Assembly: GCA_018398765.1 (NCBI GenBank) | Contig: JAHBMJ010000387.1 | Span: forward strand, 1-49,483 | Reading direction: 5' to 3' | DNA length: 49,483 nt | From: Chromera velia | Taxonomy: Eukaryota | The notes under the pieces: generated by a model | What the model saw: the letters and a program-made list of their open reading frames with translations, nothing else | What the model was told of the DNA's origin: nothing | Database searches by the model: none | Program-made: the position numbers and the translations under genes | Part shown: positions 12,720 to 27,324 of the stretch, in pieces | Layout of the letters: every line of letters starts with the position of its first letter | Numbering within the stretch: the stretch's first letter is position 1

Positions 12720-14412
12720 GTGGGGGAAGAAAAAGGAAGGGGTGTCCCTTGAAGCGGTGATGGAAAGAAAGAAAAAAAAGAAAGGAGGGAGTTTGTGGAA
12801 TGCCGGTTGGTGCAGCGTCGATCAGAGTGTAGAAAGAAGACTTGGACCTATCGACAGGGAGGGAATTTGAAGAGACTCAAGGGAAAGAGAGAACAAGAGA
12901 GGTCACAAAAGGACCATCATGGCTGTTAGCCTGGCTGGCTGAATGGATGGATGGACGCGAGACACCATGCAGGGCAGGGAACTCTCCCATATTCCCTTTG
13001 TCCTTTTTTTGTTTCTGGTGCCATGGCTGTCTCTGTTTTGTTTTACCATCATAGAATACCCCTTTCTTTCCACATCTCTCTCCTTCTCCCTCAGCCTGGA
13101 TTGATCAATGAATGAGAAAAGGAAAAAGGAAAGTACATGGAGAGCGATAAATGAATGAGTAAATGGGTGATGTATCTGATCATGCATGTCAGTATAATGC
13201 CATGGGCCCTCTTGTAGAACGGGAGCGGCCGTTCTGCTGAGATGAGAATTCGGAAGTGCCGTGCTACAACGGAACAGAGGAAAAAAAGAGAAGAGAAGAT
13301 AATCGGAGCAGATAAGGACCCCCCTACTGTCTGTGCGTCTGCCGTGCACCTGTCGCCATTGCCCTTCAGTCAACTTCGTTCGTTCTTCTTGTGATTGGCT
13401 CCTTTTTCTCTGGCAGTCAACGCATTACAAGAAACTGCCAACAGACACAAACACAAGGGAGAGAAAAATGACGATCACTCAATTGCCGATTCCTTTGTCT
13501 CCTGACCTTTGCAAGCGTTCAGTCCCAGTCAGTCTCTCCAGTGCTGCGAGGAGAGCGTAAACGGACGGATGGAGCAATGCAGAGGAGCTGTAGAGAAGAA
13601 GAGGAAGGAAATGGAGACAAAAAAAAAAAAGGACACGGACCAATCAAGAAGAATCGCAAAGACCGATACATCTCTGTTGTGGTCAGGCAAAAAGAAGAGA
13701 AGGAAGCTACATTCGAACGGGTTTCCGAAATCAAGACCAACGGAGAAAGAAAGGATCCGAAACGAAAAAAAGGGAAAAGCGGCATCACAATGTAAATCCA
13801 TTGTTTTGAATCTAGCGGGAAAGAATGAAGAAGCCGGCAGACAAGTCAGCAGACACGGCGGCAGAAAGACAGACGAAGGGACGCAGCCTCATTGAATGAG
13901 AGGAGGAATGACTCAATCAAAAGTAGGTAGACAGAACATGCAAACCACCCAACACCACCAGGACAGGGAAAAGGGACGTTAATGGAAGGCGCATGACATG
14001 AGTCCGTCATGTCATTCCTTCCACATATGCACGTCTCTGATGTCTTCTCTTGCTCCTCTTCTCCGCCCCCCCTCTTTTTCTCTTGGCGGACGCCTTTGAA
14101 AGGGTTCAGCATTTGCCCCCTTCTCGGCGTTCGTTTTTTTTTTCGTTTCTATCCGCTAAACTCTTCTTTTGTATCTCGGATTGTTTGTCCTAAGAAGCTG
14201 CGTGTCTGTCTGTCTGCATTTGACACAAGTGCGCGGACGGCCCGGTTGGCTTTTTTTTTGTTGCCGTCAGTTATTCATTCAGTCTTCCTTCCTTCCTTGT
14301 TGAAGTTCCGCACACAACAATTAAGGGAATAGCAAGTCCTTTTATACGATGCCACGCACTTCTCGTCCATCGGTCTGTCTTTGTAGGCAGCTACTCTTTT
14401 TGTGGGCATCTG

Positions 14413-14443
<31 letters not shown>

Positions 14444-17400
14444 ATCTGCTTCTCTTCTTCTCCCCTCCTCCCTTCCTTTTCTTTGTTTCTTTCGTCTTTT
14501 TTTCCCTCCTTGCTTCCTCTCCTCCTTCCGTGTTCTCTTTCTTTCTTTCTTTCTTTCTTGCTTGCCCAGGTGCTCGTTGTTCGACCGCGCTTTTTTTTCA
14601 TCCATGAGGCCAGAAAGGCGGCAGGGGACGGCTCGATCTCTCTGTCTGAGAAGCAGACAGAGAAAGAGAGAGAAAAAAGTAGAAAGGACAGTAGGAGTAG
14701 AGGGGTCTTTGCTGAGGTGAGAGAGGCATCAGAGGCATTCGTGCATGCAGACCGACAATGATTGCAATGAAAGGAGGCAAGCTCGCACTCCATTTCTGTA
14801 TCAGTTGGTCTCTCTGGGGTTCGCTGTCTGGCGGCATATCCAGAAGACCGTATCATTTTCCTTATCTGCTTGCGTGCCTGCGTGTCTCTTTGGTTATCCA
14901 AAGAAGGAAAGGGAATGGAGAAAATAAGTAAGTGCCTGTGTGTCTGTCCGGCTGTATGCCTCCATATACATTGGGCGGAGAATGGCTGAATGTTACAGAT
15001 TTGTTGATGTGGGACGTTGAATCCTAAATGCATCGTCAGAGGAAAAATCGGGCAGACATTGAAAGAGAGCAAGAGATTCAACACAGAAGATGGCACGGGA
15101 GGGAGAGAGGGCACGGAATGCATCCGGCAGGCGGGCAGTCAGGAAAGAATGAGAGTACAGGGAGGGGTGGGCAGCAGAAAGGTACCATGCAAGTGCGTCG
15201 AAAGAAAGGACAGAGGATCGACATGGCCGGGAGCCGTGCGCGCATGCCCCGTGCTGTTGTGTTTCGGTTCATTTTCGTTTAATTATTTCTTGATCTTCTT
15301 TTGTCCTGCACGTTCCGCCCTGTGCACACCTGCATGTAAGTTCATTGAGTGCGTCAAAAATGGCGGAATGGAATGTGTTTGTTTTGCCTGTTGTGTATTT
15401 GTGGCGGAGATGGAAATGGGAACGGAAATACCAGAGACGAAGCGGAGAAAGGTGCTTTCTTTGTCACAGATAGACCGAAAGGAGCATGAAAAGACACAGA
15501 GAGTCAGGGGCATGCATGTCAAGTCAGTCAGAGGTGGTGTAGATAGACAGAGCCGGAAATAATAACAAAGTCATCCGGACTCGACCGTCAGTCAGTCAGT
15601 CAATCAGTCACTTCTTTTGTACTTTGACCCGATTTCTGCCACTTTTGGCCGTTTCCTTTTGTGTCCGTATGCATGAAGACCTGTCAGTCTGTCTGTCGGA
15701 TTTTGTACACTGGTCCAGTAAGGAACAGGGACAGACAGACATGTGCATGCAGCAAAGAAGAAAGGGGCAGAGAGAAAGAAGGGAAGAGAGGGGAACTCGA
15801 AGGCCGGCCAGACGAAAAAACAGATGAGTGACAAGAGAGGTGAGGCGGAGGAGAGTGAGGCAAGAAGGAGACAGAAGAGAAGAAGGAGAAGATAGGGTCC
15901 TTCTTCGTGCATGGGACTCCTTCCTGCTCTGCCTGCATGCATGCGTGCCCACCTCCCGAAGAAAAGCAACGCAGAATGAGCAAAGCAGCAAGGAAGAAAT
16001 AGAAAGCGTCGATTGATCTTTCTTTCTTTCGTTCTTTCTTTCTTTCTTTCTTTCATGCGCTGACGGAAGACTGCCTGATCGACTGATTGACCAATCGACC
16101 GACCGATCGATCGACGAACCGACCTTTCCCTCACATCTTTCTTCTTCTTCTTCTTCTTCTTCTTCTTCTTCTTTCCTGTGCGAAGTCCCTCCCGCCCCTT
16201 CGTCTCTCTCGTCATGGTGCAGAGAAAGCACGTACGCCTGCACTCGAAAAGAAAGTTGGCCGGGATGCAAGTGCCGCAAGCTGTGCAGAGATCATCTCCC
16301 TCCTTCTTTTCCCTCTTCTCTTTCTTTTTTATTTTCCCTCCAGATCAGCATCTGTGTGTCTGTCCGGTATTGGTTGTACAAAGAAAGGAGGGAGGATCAG
16401 CCGGGTAGTAAAAGACAGAGAAATCAGAGAACGTAATAAAGAGGGTAAGAAAAGAGACGGGGGAAGTAGATCGTTTCGTCCGCAATCCAACCGCATGAAT
16501 TTTCCATCCGTTCTTTCATTCTTCCGTTGGTTCTTTCGCCATTTGGTCAGATGATTCGTTTCCTCCGCAGAGATGCCAAATTGCAGCAGATGGATCGGAT
16601 CTGTGCACTGTTTTTTGGGGGCACCGGGACCGATTGCACAGTCATTCATCTCCGAGTAATGTCCAAAAACCACCCATAGCGATGAACGTGTCTCTCTCTG
16701 GCTTCTTTCTCGCTACCTTCGATACGTCCTTCCACCCTTTTTCTTTCGGTAGCTGCTCCACCTCTCGTGCCTGTCTAAACTGGACCGCCTTTCGCGAAGT
16801 GCCGTTTTCCCTTCCCTCTCCGCATCTGTCTCTCTCTCCCTGCCTTCCGTCCTTGTGCAGCGAATAAAGCGCCTAGCTAGATCAGCCCTCTGGGGTAATG
16901 AAGGGACTCACCCCGCATGTCTTTCCTCCTTCCTCAAGAAGAGAAAGAGAGCCTGGGGGTTGAAGAAATGAGGTGAATGAGACAAATAGTCGGTTGGATG
17001 TGCTGGGAGTTTTTTTTTTCTCGTCCGTCCGCTGTGGTTTGTCCGTTGGTCTTCCCGCCCTCTCTCTCGACCCCTTTCTGTTCCGCCATCCGCCGACGAT
17101 TCATTCGCACTGCACGTGCTCATCAGACTCACAAACTCATTTATACGGAGAACGGGGGGTCAAGGGGTCTGACGTCCCCTGCATGGCTTTTAGAGAGAAA
17201 GACGAAAAGAAGAGAGATGCGCAGAGACAGACGAAAAAAAGAGTTTACGACTTTTGTAAAGACGCCAAAAGGGACGAAGCGGCGATTTTGTTTCTGTGCC
17301 TGCCTGCTCTCTTTTTCAATGGTGCTTATTTGTCGATGCTGTATGAGGTCACGTACGCACACATCCATCCATCCGTCCATCTAGCGACAAAAATGGCCAT

Positions 17401-19224
17401 GAATTGGAGAAAGAGGTGGCCGTGAAGTTCATGGGGTACACAGAGAGAGAAATGGCTGGGGAGGGCAGGAGACACACGGAGTCTTCTCTTAAGTGAGCCA
17501 CTCTGCAAATCTCCTGCATGTCTGGGTCATATGGTTGGAGAAGAGCAACAAAAGTACAAACAAGAATGAAATGAGGAGGGAAAATTCATGCTTTCGTTTC
17601 CGTGTTTTTAAGTACGAACCCGCAACATGCACAGAAGCCCGTTTGCTCCTGTGTGTTTCAGCTGCAAAGCAGCAATCATACCTGATGCTTGCCTGATTGC
17701 CTGTACCTCTACCGTGTAACTTTGACTGTTTTATTGTAAAAACAAACCACTTTTGAGAGCACCGTTCCTTTTACGTTCTTTGTCTTGTCCTGTTCTGCTT
17801 GCATGCCCGTGTCACCGTACCGCTTCTGAACAGCCACTCCAAAGACACGAAGAGAAAGAAAGCGAGAGAGGAAGAGAAAACACAAAGAGGAACATTCGAC
17901 TGTCCTCCTGCCTGTCAAAAGTCTGTGGGTGAAAAAGGCAATTTGAATTCGGACAGACAGAGGAGGCCGTGTACAAGTACAAAGAGAAACAAGCAAGCAA
18001 GGAAATTGAAGGGGGGAAATCCACTGAATGATTGCTGGATCGATCATCGGCATACACGCTCATTCCGCTTTCTGGTTTGATTGTCTTTCTTTTTCTCTTT
18101 CTCTTTCTCTTTCTCTCTCTGTCTGAATCCTCCTCTCAACCTTCCTTTATTCTTTCCATCCCATCTCGTTCTAAGCTCCGTATCCTCCACCCACATTCTT
18201 CCTTCGTTCGTACTTTCTCGCTGTCGTATGCTCAAAAGAAACACGACGCTTCTCCTTTCGACCATCTGAGAGGGAAGGAGGGTCGACAGAAAAAGGGAAA
18301 TGAAATGAGGTCAAGATTGTGCCAGTGTTGGCTGACACCTTTCGCTGCTTCTTTCCTTGTCGCACTGCCCCCTTCCCTCCCACCCTGCATTCCCCTCGCA
18401 AGAAATGGAGCTAGGGAGAAAAGCACATGCAAAGAGACTGTTCAAACATGGAGTCGATTGAAGGGGGCACAGCAGGCAATGAACTCAAGAGAACAGAAGG
18501 GAAGAAGAAGCGTCAGTGTGCGTGTGACTCAAGTCTACTGTACAAAGTTTATTTTCCTCTATGATTTCCTTTCTTTTCACAAAGCTCTCGTCGATTCATC
18601 GCAGCAACAAACAGAAAGAAAGCTTTGGGTTTCGACCAAAAGTGCATCGCGCAAACAAAAAGAAAAGAAAAGAGAAATGGATCGACACAAAAGAGACATG
18701 GATGACAGAGATGTTCTGCAAGAAAACCGAGGTAGAAAAGCCGGAAAGGGAGTGAAAGGAGGAACCGCTTCAAATGAAAGGTTCATGGAAGGTGGATTAG
18801 AAAGGAGTATGAAGAGCAGGGAAAGAAAGGCAGGAAGTGGGTGACCTTTCTTCCTATCCCTGTGATAATGTTCGTTTGCCTTTCCTGATTTTGTCCTGAA
18901 AAGTTCAGGGTGTTCAGCAGGGCGTGATTTTTTCCAGGGAGAGGGAGAGGGAGAGGGAGAGAGAGGGGGGGCTGGGGTGGACGGGGGGTGGGCGGGACGG
19001 CAGAGGCGCTTCGCCTGTTCGTAAAGTGCTTGCTGGTTTTGTGTTCTTTTTTTTGTGTGTGCCTCAGGTCCACTTAAGTTCAGGGAGGCAAGGGACTGGG
19101 AGAGCCCTGAAGGGGAAGTCTAGACAGAGATGAACGAACAAAAAGACAGGCCCTAGGACAAGAAAAAAGGGTAGACAGAAAGAGCACATGTCTGTCTAAA
19201 TTCTGCATATTGGTCTATGTCTTT

Positions 19225-19324
19225 GCTTTCTTCCTTCCTTCCTTTCTTCTTTCCTTCCTTCGTTCCTTCTTTCTTTCTTTTTTTCTTTCTTTCTTTCTTT
19301 CTTTCCTTCCTTCTTTCTTTCTTT

Positions 19325-19355
<31 letters not shown>
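19225..19355. repeat. TTTC/TTCC microsatellite
   Basis: Seen directly in the sequence. Confidence 0.9.
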
Positions 19356-22300
19356 CATCTGGTTTCTTACTGGCTTGCTTGGTTTCTGTCATTTCCCCTC
19401 TTCTGTCTTGGTTGCTCGCTGGCTGGCTTGCTGGCTTGCTTGAGTTTGATTTGACTCTTTCTCCTCTGTCTGCCTGCGTCGTAAGCTGTTTCCTTCAGTG
19501 GCAGACCCATCGATTCGGGATGGATGCAAGAAGGGGAAGGGAACCAAGCAAGAACAGGGACAAGGGTGTGCTGAGGGATGTGTGGAGGGGGGCATTGGGG
19601 TCCGTTTTTGATTATTTTCTTTGTAGTTCTCCTTCCCTCTTTTTGATCTTTGTTCTTTCTTTCCTTGTTTTCGTCCTTTTGTTCATGATCAAGAGACAGC
19701 CCTCTTTCACTCAAAGGACCGACGAAGGTCGGTGAATGAGGGCAGACGCAGATGCCATTGGGGACTTGTGAAAAGGAGGTGGGCAGGCAGACTCGATTGA
19801 AAAAGAGGTGTGTGTGATGTCTGTGCAGTCCTCGACAGGCCTTCCTTCCTTCCAACCTTTTCTTTGCATTCCATCCAGCATGTCTGCTTCGTTTCTTGGA
19901 TCGATCGGTTCTTTTCTTTCTGTACACTCACTCACTCAGGTTTGCCGTGTGGGGGGGGATCCTCCCTGGGCGTGGAAGAATAGCGAGGCCCGGGGGGAGA
20001 TGAGGGGACTTTTTGTCTCCTAGTCCTCTTGCGCAACTGGATTTGAAATAAGAGCAAAAGAAGCAGACTAGATACTGTGAGCTGTCAGACGCATTCTTCC
20101 ATCCTCATTCTGTTAATTTCTTCTTTGAAGTTCCTGTTCGAGACGCCCTTGGATCGGCAGGTCTTGTGGAAGAGAGAAGAAGAGAACAAGAAAGAGAGCG
20201 CGATGCAGGGATGGGAGTATTTCTTGTAGATTGATTTCAAAGAAAGACAAAAAAGTGTCGCGCTTGTGTTGCATCACTACCCAGCATAGCACTGCCCGTG
20301 TCGTGGAAAGATTTGTCGAGAGAGAGCGCTCATGTGTACAGTCGTTTAGGTTCCATTGACTTACTTTGTCGTACTCCTTGGAGCTTTCTTTTCTTTTGGC
20401 CTCTAGTCGAAAGCTTCCACAAAGAGTGCGCCCCTCTGTCGCTGCGGACTTGTTTCAAGAAGAGGTTTGGGGGACAGGTGGTGCAAAGCAATGGATGATG
20501 AGAGCAAAGCAGAAGGTTTGGCTTTCAGAGACAGAGACAGAGACTAAGAAAGCCAAGAGGGACGCGGATGCCCAGAGCACGGCGGCACAAATTGTGCAGA
20601 GAGGGAGAGGGGGGGATCAAAAGGAATGAGGGAGGGGGGAGAGGGGAGCACGGATGCACTGAGTGAGTGACGACAGTGCAGATGTCGCATGGAGTCAAAT
20701 GGCACCTTCTTTGATCTTTTCTTTCCGTCTCTTTTTAAGCCGAAGGGGGGAAGAAGGGCGGAATCGAGTGGTCTGACAGAGACCGGGAGGAGGCAGAAGA
20801 GAAGGGCGGGGTGCGACGAAGAAGGAAGAATGGAAGATTGCAGGAGTCAGGAACTCCTTTGTTGCTTTCATGTGTTCTTTTGATGCATGCTGGATGCATG
20901 TAGGTCCTGGCTCTAAGACTTCTGGTGATCTTGCTTTTTGCATGTGTGTTTTTGAATTGTATTGATTTGCGAGCTTCTTTCTCTCTCTTTCTTCTGACTG
21001 TTTCATTTTCCTCGCCAACCGATGCGTCCGTTTTTCTTTCTTTTCCGTTCCCCTGTTTGTTTGCTTTTTGACTTAAGCCAATTTTGATTTCCAATGGCAA
21101 TGAAGCAATGTAGCATTAGAGGCGGGATGTGCAATAAGGAAGGATAGAGGAGGGAGGTGCGTGTCCCCTGTCTCCGTTCGAGTCCCCCTCTTCGCTTGTC
21201 TGCTGTTTCTTTCCTGATTTGCGTGCGTTCCACATTCGTCATTCGTTCGTCCGTTTCTTTTTTTCCTGTCTTTGTATTTCATTTGGTCTCTTTCCAAGGG
21301 GAACCAACGAGAACGCGGCGACGGCCACTTTTTATTTTCAATGGATTTTTGAGAAGGGCGAGGGGCAACGAGAAGAGTTCGTCGATCGGTGGGTTCTTCC
21401 TTCTTTTTCCTTCGCTCAATCCAATATCATTCATTGGCGTGCTGTGTTGGTCAGTTTGTTGCTTCTCCGCAAGACCGAAAGAAAGAAACGAATCCGCACT
21501 CATCTCGTCCCGCTAGCTGTCATTCCGTACTGCATATGATCAAGAAAGCTAGATCGACTGACCGACAGCTGTCTTTCTGTCCCTGTTTTGACTGTCCAAC
21601 CAGCTCGCTCAATACACCCACCCCTGCAGAGCATTTCAAAGTAACACGTTGTCGTGGCGACGTAGGTCCGTCTGCCGGTCAACTTCTTCCCAGACATGCA
21701 CGAGAAGGAGGGGGGGGGGGCTCCTTCCTTCGTCCCCCTATTCGTTTCTTTCGGTCTTTCCCGCAAACTCTGTCGGTCGGTCGGTAGGTTTCCATGCCCC
21801 CACAAATTATTCTCACCACCTCAAAGTTCCCGGCTGTGTTGTGTTGTGTTGGTCTAATGAATGGTGGGTTTTGGTTTCCATTCACTCCACACGTTTGACC
21901 GCTTCGCGAAAATACCCCCACTGACAGAGCAACGTGAGAAGGAAGGAAGAAACTTCAAGTCCATGCTGGGTGTCATTCATTGACTTTGGCGTCTGCCCGC
22001 TTTCTTGTGTTTTCGTCGTGACTGTATAACATGACAGAGAGGGGCCACAAAAGGTTACAGTGATGAAGTCACTGAAAGGCTATTTATTTATGGAAAAGAG
22101 GAGGTGCTCAGGGGAGGCAGGAGAGAGCAATGATCAAGGAAAGAAAAACAAACAGACGTACATTCTTGTCTTGTCTTGTATGCGTTCGGAGAGGCGGTTG
22201 GCGACCGATGGGTTGGTCATGTGTCTTCTCTCTCTCTCTCGTCGTCGATCTGAAAAATTACCTTCATTCATCCCTCTGTGGAATAGAATTCGAGGAAAAA

Positions 22301-23490
22301 GAAGCAAAAGAAACAAGGAAGGTACAAGATTTCTCCTTCAAACATACGGATGGTCACCAAGCGAGGAAAGAACGGGGAGAAATAAAAACACAGGCTCTTC
22401 AAGCACCTGGTTCTGCCGGTTTGTCAATTTGAAACAATAGAGAAACATTGGCAAAGAAAGAAAAGAAATGAAAAGAAAGGGAACACAACCACCCAGCCCC
22501 CTCCGGAGAAAACAATATGAAGACATACGAAGAGACAGACCCAAGAGTAGGAGAACGAAACAAATCTCTTGGGGCTCATGCAGTTGTCCTTAGCTGCTGC
22601 TCACATGATCAAGTGGTTGATCGAACGAGAGGAGTGTGCTCTCTCTCTCTCTTTCTCTCTGTTTTTCTCTCGTGTTGCATATCTGTGTGAAGGTGCGCGT
22701 TGGTTTTACTATTTCTTTCTTCCTTCTTTCCTTCCTTTTTCTCTTTCTTTCTTTTCTTTTCTTCTCTTCCTCCTGCTGGCAAGGGCACGTCTCGGAATAT
22801 GACTTCTTCCTTTTGTGTGATTCCGGTTTTTATCATGACCCATCCGTCTTCTAAGTGACTGGCGGCCCTGGCTGCTTTCTTTGCTTGTCATGCCGTGTCG
22901 TGTCGTATCCCGGTGAGCAAGTACATCCATCATTCGATTGGCAAGATCACTCGATGATGCCAGATAGATTTGGTGCTTTCGTTTTGGTCTTCCATCCTCT
23001 TCCTTCCACTCGTGATGTTTTATCCCACCCACCATTGCCGTAGTAACATCATCCATCTATCCCGTAGAATAGTAACATCATCCATCCATCTACCCGCCCT
23101 TGGACAGGACAGGACAGACAGAATAGAAAGAACAGAGAGAGCAGGCCTCCCTCTGTCTCCATCCACTGATGCACGGAAGAATCGATCAATCGATCGAAGG
23201 ACCGTTTTTTTCCCGTCAATTGCGTGCGAGTGACTGTGACTGTGTAATTCGCTGTTTCTCCTCTCGTTGCATTTAATCTCCCGCCCTCTCGCATGACCAC
23301 TTGCTTGTATCCATCCATCCAGCTCCACCGATCATCTGCAGGAGTGAGTATACGCAATCAATCAGTCCATTTGCTCATTCATGTGCTGGATGCAAGTAAT
23401 CCAAGCAGAGCGGCCAGATGCTTGTGTACCCGTTTCGCCTGCCCGCTTGTGGCAGCCACAAGATGGAAAGAAAGAAAGAAAGAAAGAGAA

Positions 23491-23535
<45 letters not shown>

Positions 23536-25445
23536 AAGAAAGAAAGAACGGGTTCGTCAAGGCATGAAGGAGCAGAGATCAAAAGAAATTGGGTTAACTA
23601 AGAAAGTCAAGCAAAGCACCATTTTTTTTCCATTTAGGCGGTTGATCGTAAAAAGATGAAGAACACGAAAAGGGCAAGTTGAGCTCAAGGCGAAGAGTCC
23701 AAAAGCGTCGGCTCATTCAAATGAGCATCAGGGGAACAGATAAGATGTGAAACACGAGAATGTAAGAACCCCCCACTTCTCCACGGCAGCCGTATCCTTC
23801 CTTCCATCTGCCTGTTTGTGTCTTAACAACCACGATGAACTGAAATGCAGAGACAAAACGCAAAGAAAGGGAAAGGAGAGAGAGAGAAAGAAAGATCGAG
23901 AGTCGTGGGTTATTTATTGGCCAGGTCACAAACATTTTCGATCTCTAGTCCGAATGCAGAGACGCCATGCTATGCACCTTGAAGCCAGGCTGAAGCCGAA
24001 ATGAACTGACTGAAAGAAGAGTAACCGTTCCTTCCTTCCTTCCTTCCTTCCTTCCTTCCCTTTCTTCCTTCCTTCCCTTCCTTCCAGCTGCTTGCCGGCC
24101 CGCACGAGTTTTGTGTCCGTGTCGAATTAAAGAAGAGAAAGATGGCATCAATGAATGAAGACAATCAACAACTGCGTGTATGCATGCATACATGCATGAC
24201 TCCTTGACGGCATCCGTCCCGCCATGCAAATTCATTCATTCAGTCAGTCAGTCCAAGAATTAATTCGAACGTATCGTCTTCACCAAGCATTCCGTCCTGA
24301 TTGTTGGCTCCATGTCAACTGCTTTCTGTCTGTCTGAAATGCAGCAGCAGGGTGGATTGACTTGTTGGAGTCTCTGCGTTGCTTCCTTAGTTGTGCTGCT
24401 GTAAGTCCGCTCATCGGCCCAAAACGGGAAAGGCAGGCAGTGCGTGCAAGAGAGAGCGAGAGAGAGAAAAAGAAAGAAACAAACAAAAAGACAGAAGGAG
24501 GTGGTCGACAAAGATCCCCTGCCGCTCTCTGTCTTCTTTTTTGTCCCTGAATTCAATTCTCGGTTAGTTGGCTGACTGAGAGGTTTTTGGTTGAGAGTTT
24601 CTTTGCTTCCTTTCTTGGTTGGTTGACTGGTTGGTTGGATGGTTGGATGAGGGTCCTGAGGGGCTGGTGTCCTCGACAGGCCCTCTTCCTTTCTCTGTAA
24701 GAATAAGATCATAAGGTAAGGTGAGACAAGATGGCAAATCATGTATTTACATGCACGTGTGTTCCGTGAAGGAAGGGGGAAGCACACGCAAAGAATTGAC
24801 TGAAGCAAAAAGACAAGAAAAAGGATGATAATAATGAGACATGAAGAAACCTATTAGACGTCCCACATCTAATTCCACCAATGAAAGAAAGGTAAGGCGT
24901 GTTTCTCTCGCCTACGTTCGTTCGCCTTTACCACACTGATTCGTTCCATCGCTGTTTCAGAATTCAAACCCACTCATCATCCGGTTTCAAACACCACGCA
25001 AGCAAATCCGCTCCCACCTACCGCCATTGAGTCTTTGCATGCATGATCTGATCGTCCGTTTCCGTCGCCTATCGTGCATCCATCCATTCATTCATTCAAA
25101 GCCCCAAAGTTGAAGTTCGCATCACACCGACAAGACGAGACACGACACGCAGCAGAGAAGGACGCTGGCATACTGACAGGCAGGCAAAATCAAAAAGAGA
25201 AGATCGAGTCGCCACAAGAGTTCTTCTCACAGAGGCATACTGGGAAGGGTGCCATTGTACGACGACTAGGTCGTATTACTTCAAGTCTGTCTTTGGTGGA
25301 TTGCCTGGCTGTGTCTTTGATCTCTGTCTGTCTGTCTGTCGGTTGGCGGGCCGGGCTTTTGTAGAGTAAGGCTGTGAAAGGCTAAGCCGGCAGATCGATC
25401 GATCGATCATGCAATTGAAGATCCTTCGGTCCGCTTGCCTGACCC

Positions 25446-25482
<37 letters not shown>

Positions 25483-26055
25483 GTGAGGCAAACAAATGGT
25501 CACAGCCAGTGTGCTTGTTTGGACTTGGTTGAAAAAGAAAGCGCGAGAGGGAGGAATCAAGATCTCCCTCCCTTCCTCCTTTTTCATCCGGTCTCGATAG
25601 AGGAAGAGAGTGAAATGAAATCATGTCGTTCGATTCGGTCATCGCCAGATTGAGTGACAGGCCGAGGGAGTGATCAAGAGAAGATAACCGACTGACTTCG
25701 ATGAAAGGAAGTTGTCGCGTCCTCGACTGACGTCTCCCTCGCTTTCGTTCAGCAACTCCCACTCGTCCGTCTAAGTGGTTCTTTCTTTCTTTCTTTTCTT
25801 TCTTTCTTTCTTTCTCCCTCTCTCTCTTTCTCTCTTTCAATGTTCCTGCAGCGCAGGAATGCCCATAGGGTCCTTGGAGGGATTTAGGCTCAAAAAAGAG
25901 AGACTGATGTAGCACTCGAGCAATAAAGCTTGAAAGGACAAGGAACAGCAGAGAAGGCTGTGGAGAAATGCCGACAGGGTTTCTCAAGGAAAGGGAGATA
26001 AAAAGAGACATTGATTTGGTGTGTGCCCCTCCGGACCCTTTGGTGGATGTGCGTT

Positions 26056-26097
<42 letters not shown>

Positions 26098-26297
26098 CGT
26101 GGGTGTGTGTGTCAACGGGAAGAGGAACGAGACGGACCGTTTCTTTTTTTCCTTTTTTGCAGAGCCACCGACTCGTTCCACTTTCTCTCCACTGTGCATA
26201 CATGAGAGTCTGACTGTCTTGCTGGCGTCTGGATGCCGCCTTTACGCCATTCAAGTGATGCAGGACTGATCACGATCGAATCTCTCTCCCTTGCACG

Positions 26298-26331
<34 letters not shown>

Positions 26332-26901
26332 ATCATCACCGGTGGCGTCACACTGAAACATCGATCCGTTTTTTTGATACACGAGAGAGACGTCTCTCTT
26401 CTTTTTGCTGTCCGTATTCCTTTCGTCGATGGATCGATCTGTCGATAAATCGAATGGATGGACGGACTCGGTTGTTGGAATTTTGCTCTTCGACTGGAAT
26501 GTCTGATTATATGCGCAATCAATCGGTGAATTGTTTTTTCTAAGAAGGAAGATTGTGTGCAATCGTTTTCTTTTTCAGTTTTTTGTGCTGCGTGTGAGGC
26601 GACGGCTAGGGCGACGGCCACTCTATCACCGCAACCGTCTCCGAAAGAGGCCCGATAATGCGCGCCGTTCCGTTCGTCTTTCTGACAATGTTCCGCACAA
26701 TGCGTAAAGATCGATCCGCCCGTCTGTGTGTCACACTAAGCTGAAACACAGCTCCACTTCGCAATCACTGTTAGCTGTTGGTGCACGCCGCCAAAAGAAC
26801 TTGTTGACTTCATTTGAATCAGATCAACCTCCGATCCACCTTGCTGTGAATTGTTGCATCATAGGTTGCTTCGCCGCACCCAGACCGCTAGCCGGGCGGC
26901 C

Positions 26902-26908
26902 TTTTATA
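26902..26908 (-). promoter_or_regulatory. Candidate TATA box (TATAAAA) pointing into the 14-kb gene-free region
   Basis: The minus strand reads GGTATAAAAGGCCGCCC at the edge of an AT-rich island. Confidence 0.35.
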
Positions 26909-27324
26909 CCTGGACGAACCATACCTACTGAGGAGTAGACGAATCAATAAGTTGGATGTTAAGTCTTGTGTTAAGTCCGTTACAGCTAGTATACCTACTT
27001 ACACCTTTGCAAATTTACTAGCAAATTTAATTTAAAATAAAAATGAGTAATAAATTATTATTTTCTTTAAACAAATATTTGGACGTAGTTATACAAACAG
27101 GCGAGACAAACGAGAACATTTTTATGTAGCACTTCTGTGATAATGTATGCCTGCCGGTGTCTATGAGGGACTCTTATGGATCTGTTCTTCAACTCAGGCA
27201 CTGCACCTCAAACAAAGAAAGTATACCGAAAGGACACTGCTTTCCAATTCCATGCAACTCGATCTGGGGGGGAGAATCTAGGCGTTGGCCTATGCGTTGA
27301 CTGAAAAAAAAAAATCCCTCATGC

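Noticed and set aside
26905..26940. Slight resemblance to U1 snRNA or 5S rRNA 5' ends
   Set aside because: The similarity covers only a few bases and there is no downstream structure.
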